From positions 30,318,001 to 30,382,000 of the forward strand of contig NC_135824.1 of the NCBI RefSeq assembly GCF_964213995.1: a stretch of 64,000 nt of DNA. The letters are read 5' to 3'. The position numbers and the translations under genes are program-made. Source of the stretch: Mustelus asterias. Lineage: Eukaryota. This document shows, in pieces, positions 37,887 through 52,449 of this stretch (position 1 is its first letter; each line of letters begins with the position of its first letter). The notes beneath the pieces are model-generated. The model saw only the letters and a list, made by a program, of their open reading frames with translations, was not told where the DNA came from and ran no database searches.

Positions 37887-38986
37887 CTGTAGATAAGATC
37901 ATACAGGTTATTTGACTATCTAAAATATTAAATGTCAACGGACTTACTAATTGCCAATAGTAATTACATGGCTATTTTTTGGTAATAGACATTGGTAGCA
38001 ATGTATGATTGATTTCCTTTAAAGACTTCACTGGTAACAGCTGCTTGGGTTAATGGATCTTCGCAGTTATTTATTGTCAGTAATCAGCAAAATGAAAAAA
38101 GCTTTGGCACTTTGTGTACACAGTTAAAAGCAAACATACTTCACTGCATCTGTCACATTTCACAGAACCATGGACACAATGTTTGAACAGCTAAGGTAAC
38201 TGGAAGTAGAAAGACTAATTAATCTCTTTTGCTGTCAAACTTACACAAGAACATACCGGTTAGTTCCTACTGGTTTTGAGTAATATTTCTGCAAAGCTAA
38301 ACTGAGTAGCATATTTTATAAAAGATACTGTTAAAATAAGGCTTCATATTTAATCTTAATTCATTAATTAAAAAAGTGAAAAACATCTGCAATTATGTTG
38401 ACGATTGCATCAGTCATTGCTGTTGTGAGTGCAGCAACTATTCAAGTTGCACAATTTATGCAGATTAAGGGGCTTTTGCACTTTTAAGATGAAATTGCAT
38501 TCAGCAACTCCATTTGTACTCAATCCACTTTTCCTTGCTCTCTGATCTATTGAAGAGCAGTCAGTATTTAATTATAACCCTCATTATTGACTAAGGGGCC
38601 CTGTGACTTCTAGGAGTAAGAGCAGGCCATTCAGCCCCTCAGCCTCTTATGCCTCCAATTAGAAGATGGTGAATCTTCATCTCAGCCCTATTTACTCACC
38701 TTATTTCTAACATCTCTTTCTACTACTGCCCGACAAAATCTATTTTGTAGACCAGTTTCATTAGCGTTAAGATGCAGGAGGGGAAGGAAGCAAGCAGTTA
38801 TCAAGACCTGTGTTAAATTCTTTACCATTTAAAGTTGTGTTGAAAAATGTTAAAAATTACCTGAAAGTGACACGTTTTTAGTTACAACATTTTCTAATCA
38901 TTCATCTAGTCATTGATAGTTTGGAGATTCACAGCACTGCAAAATCTTATCATAAATTTAAAAACCCTTCGTGACACAAATGTTAC

Positions 38987-39488
38987 CTTCAACATCCTCT
39001 TTGTCCCGTTTTCCGACCCGATGTATCGGACTCTCCTTTAGCCACGTTCTTGCTTCTGGTTTTGTGTGCTCTCTCATTTTCTCTTTGTGCTTTTTGGACT
39101 TCTTTCTAATGTGACTGGCAGAGAGTTCCAGATCTTCTGCATGGGGATAAGCTGTCTGTTCTAAACTCGCTTGGGCAACTGGATTCCTAGGGCTACCAAC
39201 GATATCCCTGTTGCCTTTGAATTCTTTATCATTTCTGCTCGAGTCACTTTTTGTGGAGTTGCTGCACTTTTTAAATGGTTCATTAAACTCATTTTGACAC
39301 ACGGGCAGTGAAGTGCGGGTTTTCTGGAAGTCAGTTTTAACTGTTACACAGGAATTTGCAGTGGCAGTAAGGCATGCTGAATTAGGAAGATGTCCATTCA
39401 AAACAGGATGTGGATGACCCTTGGATTGTAAGACTTTACTTCTCTTGGTCGTGTGAGAATCTGTCCGTTCTGAAGGCACTGGTCGTTT
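38987..39488 (-). CDS. ELL3: ELL-family exon (exon 8 equivalent, 502 bp) with Lys-rich NLS-like motif
   Basis: ttccag|AAA...G|gtaaca, phase 0 to 1. Lies in ORF 38958..39524 and contains RKKSKKHKEK as in ELL/ELL2. Confidence 0.9.
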
Positions 39489-40425
39489 CTGGAATAAGGA
39501 CACATTTTTTTTAAAAATGAACATAGCTGCAATCTTTTAACCATGTCAACAAATTCTTTGTGGTCGTGACAAAAGCTATATCACATTTCACAGGCAACAT
39601 AATGTAGGAGACAATTTGCATGTTGACTACCCAACTTCACCGTTGACTTACTTCCACAGTTATGCATTGATTGACAGAAGGGATGACAATGGTGTACAAG
39701 TTACTTTTTTAAAAATTCTGAATGCAATGAGTAGCTACTCCGAGCAATACTGCTACCAGCCAGTAGCAATGTTTCCCCGTGTATTTATTACAAGTAGATC
39801 AACAATTTAAAAAAAAACAAGGTTGAACCATTAAATGTTCCCAGTTTCATCCTTGGCCAATTTAAAGTACAACCATAAATCAACTATGGCATTAGAAGTG
39901 TCAGGTTAAACATGTCTGGGCAAGAGTGCCAAAGTACAATTCATGTTTTTGGATTGAAATGTAATGCAAGCAGACTAGTTTAAAAATCACTAACATATTT
40001 GGCTGCAGAGATTCGTTGCAATGAATGGGAGAAGGGGGGGGGGGGGGGGGGGGAAAGAGGCAAGGGCGCCGAGCGAGGCGGGGGGCAGAAGGCAAGGAGG
40101 CCGAGCGAGAGTATATCTTCTTATACCGATTCTGCATCATCAGTTTATACTTGCACACGTATATATATTACAGATATATGTAGAACAGTCCACTTCCACT
40201 CAGATTAAAACTAACCCCAAATTCCATGTTTGTTCACTTTGGCATTTTCAAAGATCCCAATTCTCACTAAAACTTCACATTTTAATACCAAGGAAACGTG
40301 AACAAGGCGACCATTCTATTAAAGCTCAATGGAGCTCCCCAAATATCCAGAACATATTTTTCAGTTGCAGCAGACAAGTTACTGCAGGAAATGACATAAA
40401 AACAATCATAAATTTGACTCTTTAC

Positions 40426-40540
40426 CAACAAAGAATTTTTGACAGGGCTCGATTGTGGTGAGGTTTCCCCTGAGGACTTCTGGAATGGAGAACTGAGTTG
40501 AAAACTCTTGGTTTGACTCGAATGTGATGGTCGCCGTTTC
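40426..40540 (-). CDS. ELL3: ELL-family exon (exon 7 equivalent, 115 bp, Ser/Pro-rich linker)
   Basis: ttgtag|G AAA CGG...TTG|gtaaag, phase 2 to 0, fitting both neighbours. KRRPSHSSQTKSFQLSSPFQKSSGETSPQSSPVKNSLL. Confidence 0.8.
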
Positions 40541-40749
40541 CTACAACAAAGAGACATTGGTCAGAGAGAGTCTAAAAATATAAAATAAACAGAGGTTTTG
40601 TCAAATATGCTGCTGTATTCACCATTGCATACAAAGTAGTATCGAGAGCAGCAGACATGTGAATTGAATCCTTCATATTCCTTAAATTATTTTAATACTA
40701 ATGGTTTGCAATGAACCTCACCATTACAGCAACTACGAAGGCAGAGCTT

Positions 40750-41345
40750 CTAAACCCATGCATCTAGAAGGACAAGAGCAGTGGGTACCTGGGAACACAA
40801 CTACATGAAGGTTCCCCTCCAAGTCAATCACCATCCTGACTTGGAAATATATCGCCATTTCTTCGTTGTCGCTAGGTCAAAATCTTGTAACTCCCTTCCT
40901 ATCAGCACAGTGGGTGTAACTACACCTCAGGGACTGCAGCGGTTCAAGAATGGAAGCTCAGCATCACTTCTCAAAGGCAACTAGGGATGGGCAATAGATC
41001 ATAGAACCCCTACAGTGTAGGAGGCGGCCATTCGAGTCTGCACTTTCCACAATCCTACCCAGGCCTTATTCCCGTAACCCCACATATTTACCCTGCTAAA
41101 CCCCTGACACTAGGGTTAATTTAGCATGGCCAATCAACCTACCCCACACGTTTGTGGGAGGAAACCGGTGCACCCAGGGGAAACCCATACAGAATGTGCA
41201 GACTCCACACAGACAGTCACCCGAGGCTGGAATTGAACCCGGGTCTCTGGCGTTGTGAGGCAGCAGTGCTAACCACTGTGCCACCATGCCGCCCAAATAA
41301 ATGCTGGTCTAACCAGCCATGGCCACATCACGTCAATGAACAAAA
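40750..41345 (+). mobile_element. LINE 3' fragment split by a minus-strand type A V-SINE (40997-41294)
   Basis: Matches 42270-42550; ends aataaatgctgg...aatgaa. Confidence 0.75.
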
Positions 41346-41744
41346 AAAGGCGCAAGCAGTGGCATGAGTTCAATCTGAATTAGCATGGGCAATTGACAAG
41401 AGAGAAAATCCTCATGATTGGTGCAATGTTCTTTTACAGACCACATGGTGCTAATTAGAAAACAAAAACATTGTGCAGTCACATCCTTCACAGTCAATTT
41501 GTGGCCTGCACACCACGTTATTAACTGATCGCTACCAGTGATAGGAATGCTACAATTGGTCTCAATGCCATCAGGCTGGTGAGTGGATCATTAATTAGCA
41601 AGGTTCCCTGGTCTGGATCAATATTCAATGATCCCTGCTGAAGGTTTATGTGCATAAATTTAGGTGAAAGCAGGATCAGAATCTGCTACAATACCATTAG
41701 CCATAGAACTCTACTTCAATATAAATCACTGCCTTCAGTGGGGG

Positions 41745-42555
41745 CTAAAAATGAGGTGTCAACCCGGTGAAGCTACAATACAGGACACTTGCATGCCAAA
41801 AGGCTAAGCAGCAAGTGATAGCCAGATCTAAGGATGCCACAATGAACAGATCAGATCCAAGCTCTGCAATCCTGCCACACCCAGTTGTGAATGAGGGTGG
41901 ACAATTAAAACAGCTCACTGGGAGGGGGAGGCTCCACAAACATCCTCAAGGATGGGGCAGCCCAGCACATCTGTGCAAAAAATAAGGCTGAAGGCACTAG
42001 CAACAATCTTCAGCCAGATGTGCTGAGTGGATGATCCATCTCGGCCTGCTCCTGAGATCCCCAGAGTGACTGATGCTAGTCTTCAGCCAATTCAATTCAG
42101 TCCATGTCATATCAAGAAACAGTGAAAGGTATTGGATCTTGCAAAATGCTGCTTGATTGGAATCCAATCCACAAACATTCACTCCCTCCACCATCAATGC
42201 ACAGTGGCAGCAATGTGTACCAATGCACTGCAGGAACTCACCAAGGCTCCTTAGACAGCAGCTTCCAAACCCACGACCACTATCAACTACAAGGACAAGG
42301 TCAGAAGACACATGGGAACACCAGCATCTGGAAGTTCCCCTCCAAGCCACTCACCATCCTGGCTTTGAAATATATCGCCGCTCTTTCACTGTCGCTGGAA
42401 CTCCCTCCCTAATAGCACTGTGGGTATATCTACACCACAGTCCATGATTCAAGAAAGCAGCTTACCACCATCTTCTCGCGAGCAATTAGGAATGGGCTAT
42501 AAATACTGGCCTAGCTTGAGATGATCACATCCCACGAATGAATATTTTAAAAAAG
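41745..42555 (+). mobile_element. Internally deleted LINE fragment sharing its 3' tail with the third SINE type
   Basis: Tail gcaattaggaatgggctataaatactggcc resembles the SINE tail at 15540-15580. Confidence 0.65.
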
Positions 42556-43547
42556 GGTATGACAAATGTAGTGAATGGATTTTTCACAATTGTTTTCTCA
42601 ATGGAATACTAAGATGCCACCATAATAAATGAATCACATGCTTATAAAAGCGAGTGGAATATGCAACGCAGAAACTGAAAGAATAAAGTATTAATCAGAC
42701 TGAATCAGATGAGATATATATTTTCAAGTAACGAAGGAGGAGGAAATGAATGATACTTTGGTCAAAACATTATTGCACACCATATAAACTGGAATAATAT
42801 CAGAGGACTGGAAGATTGCAAATGTGGTTCAAATATCCAAAACAGTGAACAAGAACCTGTTAAGGTGTAGGCCAGTTAGCCTCCCAATCACAGTGGGAAA
42901 ACACAAAGAACATTGCACATAATGAATATTTGAGGAGTACAGAAATGTGGAGCACAGGTTTAGAATTAAAAGGCCATACCTAGCAAGATGGCTGGAATTT
43001 TATGAAGGGGTAATGATGTTACAGGACATGGGTAATTCAGTATATATAGTTTACCGGGATTTTCAAATGGCATTCATTATTTCATGTGAGGTATGAGTGA
43101 GTTACGCAATTCAGCCCCTTGAGCCTGCTCCACCATTCAGTAAGATCACAACTGATCAGATTGTGGCCTTCACGGCACTTTCTTGCCCGTCTCACATAGC
43201 CCTCGACTCCCTTGTGAATCAAAAGGATTTCACAAAGTTCTTTATGCAAAATTAGTAAGGAGAATGAAGGCCCATGAAATAGATCAGCCGGTGAGTTAGA
43301 TACGGTGTCCATAACTGTTGTGCATGCTTCAAGTGCCATACCATAAACAATGGTGAAATGTGAAGGAAAGTCAGATCACTTGTGGAAACAGCCTGAATAA
43401 ATTATAAATGGTCTCAACTGCAACTACTCAAACTATCAAAATGTAACAGTGCTAATGGGTGGTTTTTTTGTTAGCTCGAAGCAATTTCTGGCATTACTCA
43501 GCACAAAACTGTTCTGAATTTGGCAATCTCAATCTGAGGCTCAACAG

Positions 43548-43836
43548 TTTAAAAGTTTATTTATTAGTGTCACAAATAGGCTTACATTAACACTGCAATG
43601 AAGTTACTGTGAAAATCCCCTAGACGCCACACTCCGGCGCCTGTTCAGGGACACTGAGGGAGAATTTAGCATGGCCAACCCACCTAACCAGCATGTCTTT
43701 CAGACTGTGGGACGAAACCAGAGGAAACCCACGCAGACACAGGGGGAACATGCAGACTCCGCACAGTGACCCAATGTGGGAATCGAACCCGGGTTCCTGG
43801 CGCTGTGAGGTAGCAGTGCTAACCACTGTGCCACCT
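43548..43836 (-). mobile_element. V-SINE, tail type B
   Basis: Family match. Confidence 0.85.
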
Positions 43837-44399
43837 TCAGGATGACCTCTGTTGGAATTGGTAAATATTAGACTATATTTACCAACGGTGCTCTTCCCAG
43901 AGTTCAGCTGCGGCAATGGAGAAAAGTTCATGCTGCATTCAGACATGCCATACCCATCCTAGGAGCGCTTGATGTTGACACTGGGTAACCAAAATGGAAA
44001 ATCGCTCCATTTCCCAGCACTACTAACTCTCACCTTCACAAGCACAATATTTTTTCACCATTCAGTAAACTAAGTTTAAAAAAACCTCAGCATCTACCAT
44101 GTTTATTTGTACCTCAAATATGTTTGAAAATGCTCATTCAGTTTGCACTTGGTATTAATGCTACCAAATTGTATTCCCACAAAGTAGTCGAAAGACGGGC
44201 AAACAAATTACTGTTAGCTACCCAGGCCAAATGTTCAGTCTAAATTTCCTGATACTTACTGGAAACAAAATTATTTAATTGCACAAAAAAATGACAACAA
44301 AAGGGTGAATACAGAGTGTGACCATGAGGTACGCAACGTATTGTATGTTTTGATGGTACACCTTATAAAGCAAGAAACAGTACAACTTTTGTTTTATAC

Positions 44400-44740
44400 A
44401 TTAATGGGACATGGGCATCGCTGGCTGGTCAGCATTTATTGTCCATCCCTAGTTGCCCTTGTTCAGAGAGTTGAGAGTCAACCACATTGCTGTGGCTCTG
44501 GAGTCACATGTACGCCAAACCAGGTAAGGATGGCAGATTCCCTTCCCTAAAGGAACCAGATGGGTTTTTCCAACAATCGACAATGGTTTCGTGGTCATCA
44601 GTAGATTCTTAATTCCAGATATTTTTTTATTTAATTCAAATTCCACCATCTACCATGGTGGGCTTCAACTCTGGGACCCCAAAACATTAGCTGAGTTTCT
44701 GGATTAATACTCTAGCAATAATACCACTATGTCGCCCCTG
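44400..44740 (-). mobile_element. Third-type SINE
   Basis: Matches 8290-8640. Confidence 0.8.
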
Positions 44741-45529
44741 AGTACAACTATAGAAATGTGAACATTTAGATTTCCTCAATCTTTGAATTGTGAATGCTGA
44801 CATTTTGTTTTCCACTGGCTAAATAAACTGTTCTGACCTGGCACTTTATTGTTGCTTACATTCTGTTATTAATGTGCACTTAGTCAGCATTTATTGAAGA
44901 TTGGAGAAAGCCCATATCTGGTGTACCATTTCAACAAGTACTCCTATCACATACACAGTCCCTGCAGCAGTTGTGGGTGTTCACTGTGTTACTCCACTGA
45001 CACATGTCGACTGACTGGCCTGTGATCCGAGAAAGCAGACTGTCTTAAATGTTCTCGACAGATCCAGACAAACACAAATTACTGTGGGAAAGACTTACGG
45101 GCATAAAGTTTTTAAAGGTTTTCTGGTAAAGCAAACTTTTATGGTAAATAGGACAAAAACAGTTTGCTCACCACAGATTACTGGAAAGTCCCAGGCATGA
45201 GATTTATAAACTGTAATTCAACCACAGAGCCCATTGGTAGATATTAAAGGGTTTTCACAGACAAAACATGTGAACTATAACTTCACATCCTTGATGACTC
45301 AGATGTCTTGGCATAGTTCTGGATTTCTTCATATTTTTATTGTGTTTGCTGGACACACAAGAAACTCGAATTATACAGCTGGAGCTAATATATAAAAGTA
45401 TTCTGACACCATCTTTTACAGTTCCATGTGCTAAACTGGAGGTCAAGGAAGATGGAATTTCAATTAAATAAGTAAAGTAAACCCCTAATACTTCAACAGT
45501 ACATTTGATTATTTTACTTAAGACAAAAC

Positions 45530-45845
45530 GGGGCAGCAAGGTGGCACAGTGGTTAGCACTATTGCCTCACAGCGTCAGGGACCAGGGTTCAATTCCCGGC
45601 TTGGGTCACTGTCTGTGCGGAGCCTGCACGTTCTTCCCCCCCCGTGTCTGCGTGGGTTTCCTCTGGGTGTTCTGGTTACCCCCCACAGTCCAAAAGACAT
45701 GCTGGTTAGGTACATTGGCCATGCTAAATTCTCCCTCAGTGTACCTGAACAGGCACCAGAGTGCGGCGACTAGGGGATTTTCACAGTAACTTCATTGCAG
45801 TGTCAATGTAAGCCAACTTGTGACATTATTAAATAAACTTTTTTA
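45530..45845 (+). mobile_element. V-SINE, tail type B, full length
   Basis: Family match. Confidence 0.88.
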
Positions 45846-47004
45846 AAAATGGCAAGACAGAAAATCTTCCTGGGTCCTTCTGAATCTTTGAAGGAAGTAT
45901 TATAGTGCTGACATCCAATAACATAATTCAATCCAGTTTAAAATTAAGACAGTTTAATGTGCTGCGTAACTTGCAGTTAGTCATTGAACCAAAATAAAGA
46001 TATTCACATTTCAAGGATTGAGTGGAACTACATATTAATTAATGTAACAGCGGAAGTGCATGCTGTTATTTTATAAGGCACGCCATCAAAATAGGGGGGT
46101 TGGTTCGCTCAGTCGACTAGGTGGCCAGCATGCGAATCAGAATCACATTAACAGAACAGATTTGATTCACGTTCTGGCCGAGGTAGACTTGGGACCTGCA
46201 AAGGGAAGCCACCACCAATAAAGATCAGCAAACAAGGACATGCCATCACAAAGGAAGTTGGTAGATGGCCCGTCAGCTGGAGCCCAGTCTAACAAATTAA
46301 GGGTCTCTTTTTACCTTTGCTGCTATTTTACCAGCGACTGGGGGGCCCTCCACTGCTGGGGAGACTACCAGCTCGATCTTGGCAGCCTCTGACATGGAGG
46401 AACCTTCCTTTATGGGCACTTCTGGCCTACAGTGGGGGCACTGTCAACAATTACGTTGGTGTGTGACAAATGTATATTTTTAAAAAACTTGTTTATCAAT
46501 AACAATTAACTTCTTGGCATTAAGACACAGGTCCGTTTAGACAGTTTCATCTCAATAGCAGCAATATAGCACGAGTATAATACTTATTATAAACCAGAAT
46601 TCTTACCACTAATGGTTTACAGTACCATGGAAGACTTCCTTATTGAGTTCACATGACATCACAAGAATAGAATCCCTACAGTGCAGAAGGAGGCCACTTG
46701 GCCCATCGAACCTGCACTGACAACAATCCCACCCAGGCCCTATCCCCGTAACCCCAACTATTTACCCTGCTGATGGCCCTGACACTTAGGGGCAATTTAG
46801 CATGGCCAATCAACCTAACCCGCACATCTTTGGACTGTGGGAGGAAACTGGAGCATCAGCATGGACTGGTTTGACAACTATTACAGAAGTGAAACTGACA
46901 AGCCTGGTCAATGCCTCTAATTGATCTCTAAATATACCTATGTAAACACTTCTGCATTGGTCAGGCCTAGCTGTCAAAGCTAGGAGGCTAGGAACACATG
47001 AAGT

Positions 47005-48220
47005 AAGTGTGGAATACAAGGTAAGTAGAAAGAAACTTAAGCAAGGAGTAAGAAGAGCTAGAAGGAGTCATGAAAAAGCATTGGCCAGCAGGATTAAGGA
47101 AAATCCCAAGTCTTTTTACACATATATAAAGAGCAAGAGGGTAGCCAGGGAGAGGGTTGGCCCACACAAGGACAAGGGAGGGAATCTAAGTGTGGAGCCA
47201 GAGGAAATGGGCGAGGTATTAAATGAGTACTTTGCATCAGTATTCACCAAAGAGAAGGACTTGGTGGATGATGAATCTGGGAAAGGATGTGTAGATAGCT
47301 TGAGTCATGTTGAGATCAAAAAGGAGGTTGTATTGGGGTTCTTGAGAAACATCAAGGTAGACAAGTCTCCAGGGCCTGATGGGATATACCCCAGAATACT
47401 GAGAGAGGCAAGAGGGGAAATTGCTGGGGCCTTGAGAGAAATCTTTGTATCCTCACTGGCTACAGGGGAGGTCCCAGAGGATTAGAGAATAGCCAATGTT
47501 GTTCCTTTGTTTAAGAAGGGTAGCAAGAATAATCCAGGTCATTACAAGCCGGTGAGCCTTATATCAGTGGTAGGGAAATTATTGGAGATATTCTTCGAGA
47601 CAGGATTTATTCCCACTTGGAAATAAGTGGATGTATTAGAGAGGCGCAACATGGTTTTGTGAAGGGGAGGTCGTGTCTCACGAACTTGATCGAGTTTTTC
47701 GAGGAAGTGATTGATGAGGGTAGGGCAGTGGATGTTGTCTACATGGACTTCAGAAAGGCCTTTGACAAGGTCCCTCATGCAGACTGGTGCAGAAGGTGAA
47801 GTCGCATGGGATCAGAGGTGAGCTGGCTACATGGATACAAAACTGGCTCGGTCAAAGAAGACAGAGGGTAGCAGTGGAAGGGTGAGTTTCTGAATGGAGG
47901 GCTGTGACAAGTGGTGTTCCTCAGGGATCAGTGCTGGGACCTTTGCTGTTTGTAAGATATTATATATATATATATTTTTTTTTGCGGACGACACAAAGGT
48001 TGGTGGATTTGCGGATAGCGATAAGGACCATCAGAGGATACAGCAGGATATAGATCAGTTGGAGACTTGGGCAGAGAGTTTAATCCGGACAAATGTGAGG
48101 TCATGCATTTTGGAATGTCTAATACAGATAGGAAATATACAGTAAATGGCAGAACCCTTAGGAGTATTGATAGGCAAAGGGATCTGGGTGTACAGGTACA
48201 CAGGTCACTGCAAGTGGCAA
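47005..48220 (+). mobile_element. CR1 LINE ORF2 fragment, decayed
   Basis: IKENPKSFYTYIKSKR, KSPGPDGIYPRILRE, QHGFVKGRSCLTNL, YMDFRKAFDKVPH, FADDTK. Confidence 0.92.
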
Positions 48221-48478
48221 TGCTTTATAGGAGTGTGGTTCAAATAGATATACCTGGAGACCAATTACAGTCTAATTGCTGCAGGAATTTTCTGTAGGTT
48301 GACAGCTGCTTATAAATCCCAGACACCAGGCCTTGGGTGAGAGGCTAAATTAAGGTCTGAAAACTTAGCATGAATCTCCACTTTTAAAAACTTGCAACAT
48401 TTTGAAGTGCATGGTCTGAAGCATGAGAAAAGTATATTTGATGCAGGCTTAGGTAAGAACAGGTGTATAAAAGTATAC

Positions 48479-48603
48479 CTTATTAGGTGTCTTCGAATCA
48501 ATTGCCTTTCCTCCTCACTATAGCCAGGCCAATCCTGTTGGATTTCCTTGTAGAGCTCATCTTTTAGTGTATAGCTGCTGTCTTTTGCATTTAACTTTGC
48601 TAC
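48479..48603 (-). CDS. ELL3: ELL-family exon (exon 6 equivalent, 125 bp)
   Basis: tttag|GTA...AG|gtatac, phase 0 to 2. VAKLNAKDSSYTLKDELYKEIQQDWPGYSEEERQLIRRHLI contains the ELL DWPGYSE motif. Confidence 0.95.
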
Positions 48604-49269
48604 CTAAAGGCAGAACACAAGATGTATGCTTAGAGCAGAATAATCCAAACAAGCAAGTGGATACCGTAAAAGAGGTTTTGAAACTGTAATGACATTGAAT
48701 TACTATTCAAAGTAGGTTTGTTAGTGTGGATGATTGGGGAAAGAAAAGTCATTCAAATATTTTTCAGAGTATGTTCCAACAAAATAAACATTGCAATAAA
48801 GCATATCAAGTTTAATTTCAATGAAGTGTAAATAATTCACCATTGGAAAGAACACAAAAACATGCCCGCACAATGCAAATACTGAACCAAACCTATTTCA
48901 CGTTGACATCAATATTGCTGAGTTAAAGATATGCTGCTGCAAATTGCTCATTCTACAATGCTGATTGTATTATTTGGACACTTCTCTGAATGAACTTAGT
49001 AATGTAAAACATTGGATTCAGTTACAAACATGTTTTTAAGATCACCAAATGAACAAGTTGATGAGGTTAGGTGTTTTTGTTTTGCAGAGGATTATCAGGA
49101 CATGGAACGTCACATTAGAAACACAGACCATAAGATGTAGGAGCAGAAGTAGGCCATTCAGCCCATCGAGTTTGCTCAGTCATTCAATGAGATCATAACC
49201 AATCTGCTATGACCATCTTCAATTTAACTTTCCTGCCTTATCCCATAACCCTCGACTCACTCCCTAATT

Positions 49270-49567
49270 AGAACCGTGGAAACCCTACAGTGCAGAAGGA
49301 GGTTATTCAGCCCATCAAGTCTGCATTGACTCTTTGAAAGAACACCTTACCCAGGCACAATGCCCCCTCCCTCTCACCCCACACATTTACCATGGCTAAT
49401 CCACCTAATCTACACATCTTTGGACTGTGGGAGGAAACTGGAGCACTCAGAGGAAACCCGCAGACATGGGAAGAACGTGCAAACTCCACACAGACAATCA
49501 CCCAAGGTTTGAATCAAACCTGGGTTCCTGGCACTTTCAGGCAGCAGTGCTAAGCACTGTGCCACCC
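49270..49567 (-). mobile_element. V-SINE, tail type A, nested in a CR1 3' fragment (about 49125-49705)
   Basis: Family match; CR1 tail sequence on both sides. Confidence 0.75.
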
Positions 49568-50807
49568 TGTCAATCTCAGCCTTGACCCAGCCACCACAGC
49601 CCTCTGTGATAAAGAATTCCACAGATTCACTACCCTCAAAGGAAAAAATACTTGTCATCTGTCTTAAATGGGTGACCCCCTTGCTCTGAGATTATGCCCT
49701 CTGACTGCGCACTAAACTGGAACATCAGTATTTGCCACAAGGGCCAAATCGACCTGACTCCTCAATGCATCAACATCAACTGGAAGGCTGAAGTGAGGAG
49801 TGTGTTGGGTACAGACACAACAACTCTTGATGAATTAATCTCAGACAGAATAACTTACTTCATCTTGTCCAGTGCTCCTGACATTGAAGCCAATATCTAG
49901 CCCAACAATGGGATGGACAACATGGCCAGTATAAACTACATCCCCAGAACAAATTTTTAAAAACTAGAACTTAATGATATACTTTGCAAGATTGCTTGAC
50001 ACAGATGTCTCTGTTGTCACCACAGGCCATCAAAATTCTGATAAGCCATGAAAATCAATAAACTTTTTACATGAACTTATTCAAGTTTTTTTTGTTTTAA
50101 ATGCTATAACTGAACTAAAATGTGAAATGGATATTGTATAGGTTTGATCACCGACATTAATGTTTCATAATGGGATTTGTTACATTATTTTCACAGCTGA
50201 AACACTTCCGTAGATGATCTCAACCTGCCAAACTTTCATACACTTATTTCCAATTCCCTAATGGTAACGATTTGGGAGAACAGTCTTAGCGTTGCCTTTG
50301 CAAATACTGTATCTACTTGATCATTTAAAACAGCTTAAAATGAGTTAAAAGCTGTGATTTTGCTGATAAGAGCTATCTCTAAGCATAGTAAGCCAATTTC
50401 AGTTGCACACGAACGTGGGTTTCCTCCGGGTGCTCCAGTTTCATCCCACAGTCCAAAAATGTGCAAGTTAGGTGGATATGCCATGGTAAATTGCCCCTTA
50501 GTGTCACAAAGATGTGTGGTTAGATGGATTAGCCATGGTAAATGTGCAGGCTTATGAGGATAGGGTAGGAGTGGACCTGGCTAAGATGTTCTTTCGGAGA
50601 CGCAGTGCAGACTTGATGGGCCAAATGGCCTCCTTCTGCACTGTAGGGATTCTATGATTCTACATGAAAGCATCAAAGCAATCTCTTTGATATTTCAACC
50701 AACACTACCATTAAGTGGCCATTTATCTCATGGCTGTGGCATTTTGCACAAATCGTCTACAAAACAACAAAAACATTACAAAAAAATTAACTGGTTGTAA
50801 AATATGT

Positions 50808-50921
50808 CTGATGTGGAGATGCTGGTGTTGGAGTGGGGTGGGCACAGTAAGTCTCACAACACCAGGTTAAAGTCCAACAGGTTTATTTGGAATCACAAGC
50901 TTTCGGAGCACTGCTCCTTCT
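50808..50921 (-). mobile_element. PLE family 1 3' end with tail, truncated inside the hammerhead core
   Basis: Reverse complement of 62833-62950; stem II and GAAAGCT are present, CTGANGA is not intact. Confidence 0.8.
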
Positions 50922-52449
50922 GCAGAATCTATTCGATTTTTAAAGTTTTTTTGAAAGAAAACCTTATTTTGACTTTAGACATTTCAATTCCTGGTCAAAA
51001 AATGGCTACTGAATTATTTTCAAAAAGCATTGATGAACAAACCACAAAAGCAGAATGATTGAATGCTGAGAATGCCATTCTAAATAAAAGATAAAAAGTG
51101 TTGATTTTAAATTTTAACTATGGGTTAAATGTTGATGTAAGCTATGTATCTGGAAATAAGGTCTGTAGACAGATACATGGGCCTTGCATAAACTAATGCA
51201 CACTATTTGAATTTAGGTATTCCTCACAGCACAGCTGCTATGTTTACACATAGTGGATGCTGTGTACTAAACATCAACTTCATTTTGCCAAAAGTTGCAT
51301 TTGAAATGGGCTTCACTAGAACCCCATTAAATGAGAGAAAATACAGGCTTATTCTGATAGCTCTGAGGGCTTTAAGATCTTAAATAGTTCAACTTGATTA
51401 ATATTTTAGATTTCAAAATATCTCAAAAGATTTTGAAATTATTTGTACTGTCCAGACCTATGCAAAAACAATTAAATCCTAAAGTTCCAAATTATGCATG
51501 CACTCCAAAGATGCACAAGTTAGGTTGATTGGCCATGCTAAATTGTCCTTTAGTGTCCCGGCATGAGTAGGTTACAGGGATTAGTAGGTAAATATGTGGG
51601 GTGACGGGGATTGGGTCTGGGTGGGATTGTTGTTGGTGCAGACTCGATGGGCTGATGGCCTCCTTCTGCACTGTAGGGATTTTATGATTCTATGATTCTG
51701 ATGCAAAAAGCAAGCTAAACCATCAGTATATCTCTCCAGCTTGTGGGGAAATCTGTAGTTTTACAAGATTAGGACTTTATACAACGTGATGCATATTCTA
51801 CTACTTTGCTTTATGGTGGAATGCCTCACATCTGGTGTACCTTCAAGAGCATAAAGTCTAATTTGTAATTAGGCACAATCGAGATTGATTAGAGGCAAAT
51901 TTCCTCTTAGCAACACTTTTCTACACTGCCTTTTGTTACTGGCAGCTTCCCATTGAATCCAGAATGAATGCCTGTTGTTCTGTGAATATATTTAAGCCAA
52001 TCTGGTGTTTATGTGACGTTAATCATCCATAAGCAATACTGCCCAATGTGATCAACATGCTAGATGCAATAAATATGTAAAGCAATAGTTAAATTTCCAC
52101 AGGATGTGAACATGAGAATTATCTGTTAAAAGATAAATACGAATTGCAGTTGTCTGAACAAGCGTTTTTTTGACTTGAGATGTTCAATCTGTTGGGTAAA
52201 AGTAATTAAGATATGCCTTTGCATGGCTATGATATTTTATATGTATTTGCCTAAATATGCAACCATATTTAGATTCAGAAAGAGATAGACACAGTGAGTA
52301 AAATGCTATAGCTGGTGATGTTCCTACAACGTTGGTCATTGGGAATTCTATGCCTATTAACTATGCATATTATGTGCTTCAGTGGCACAATTGGTTAGCA
52401 CATGGTACTAATACAGCAGTGTGCCAGCTGGCTACGCTAAGGTTGTGAC

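Noticed and set aside
40034-40053. Poly-G run in an ELL intron
   Set aside because: Simple homopolymer whose length is unreliable; no other support for function.
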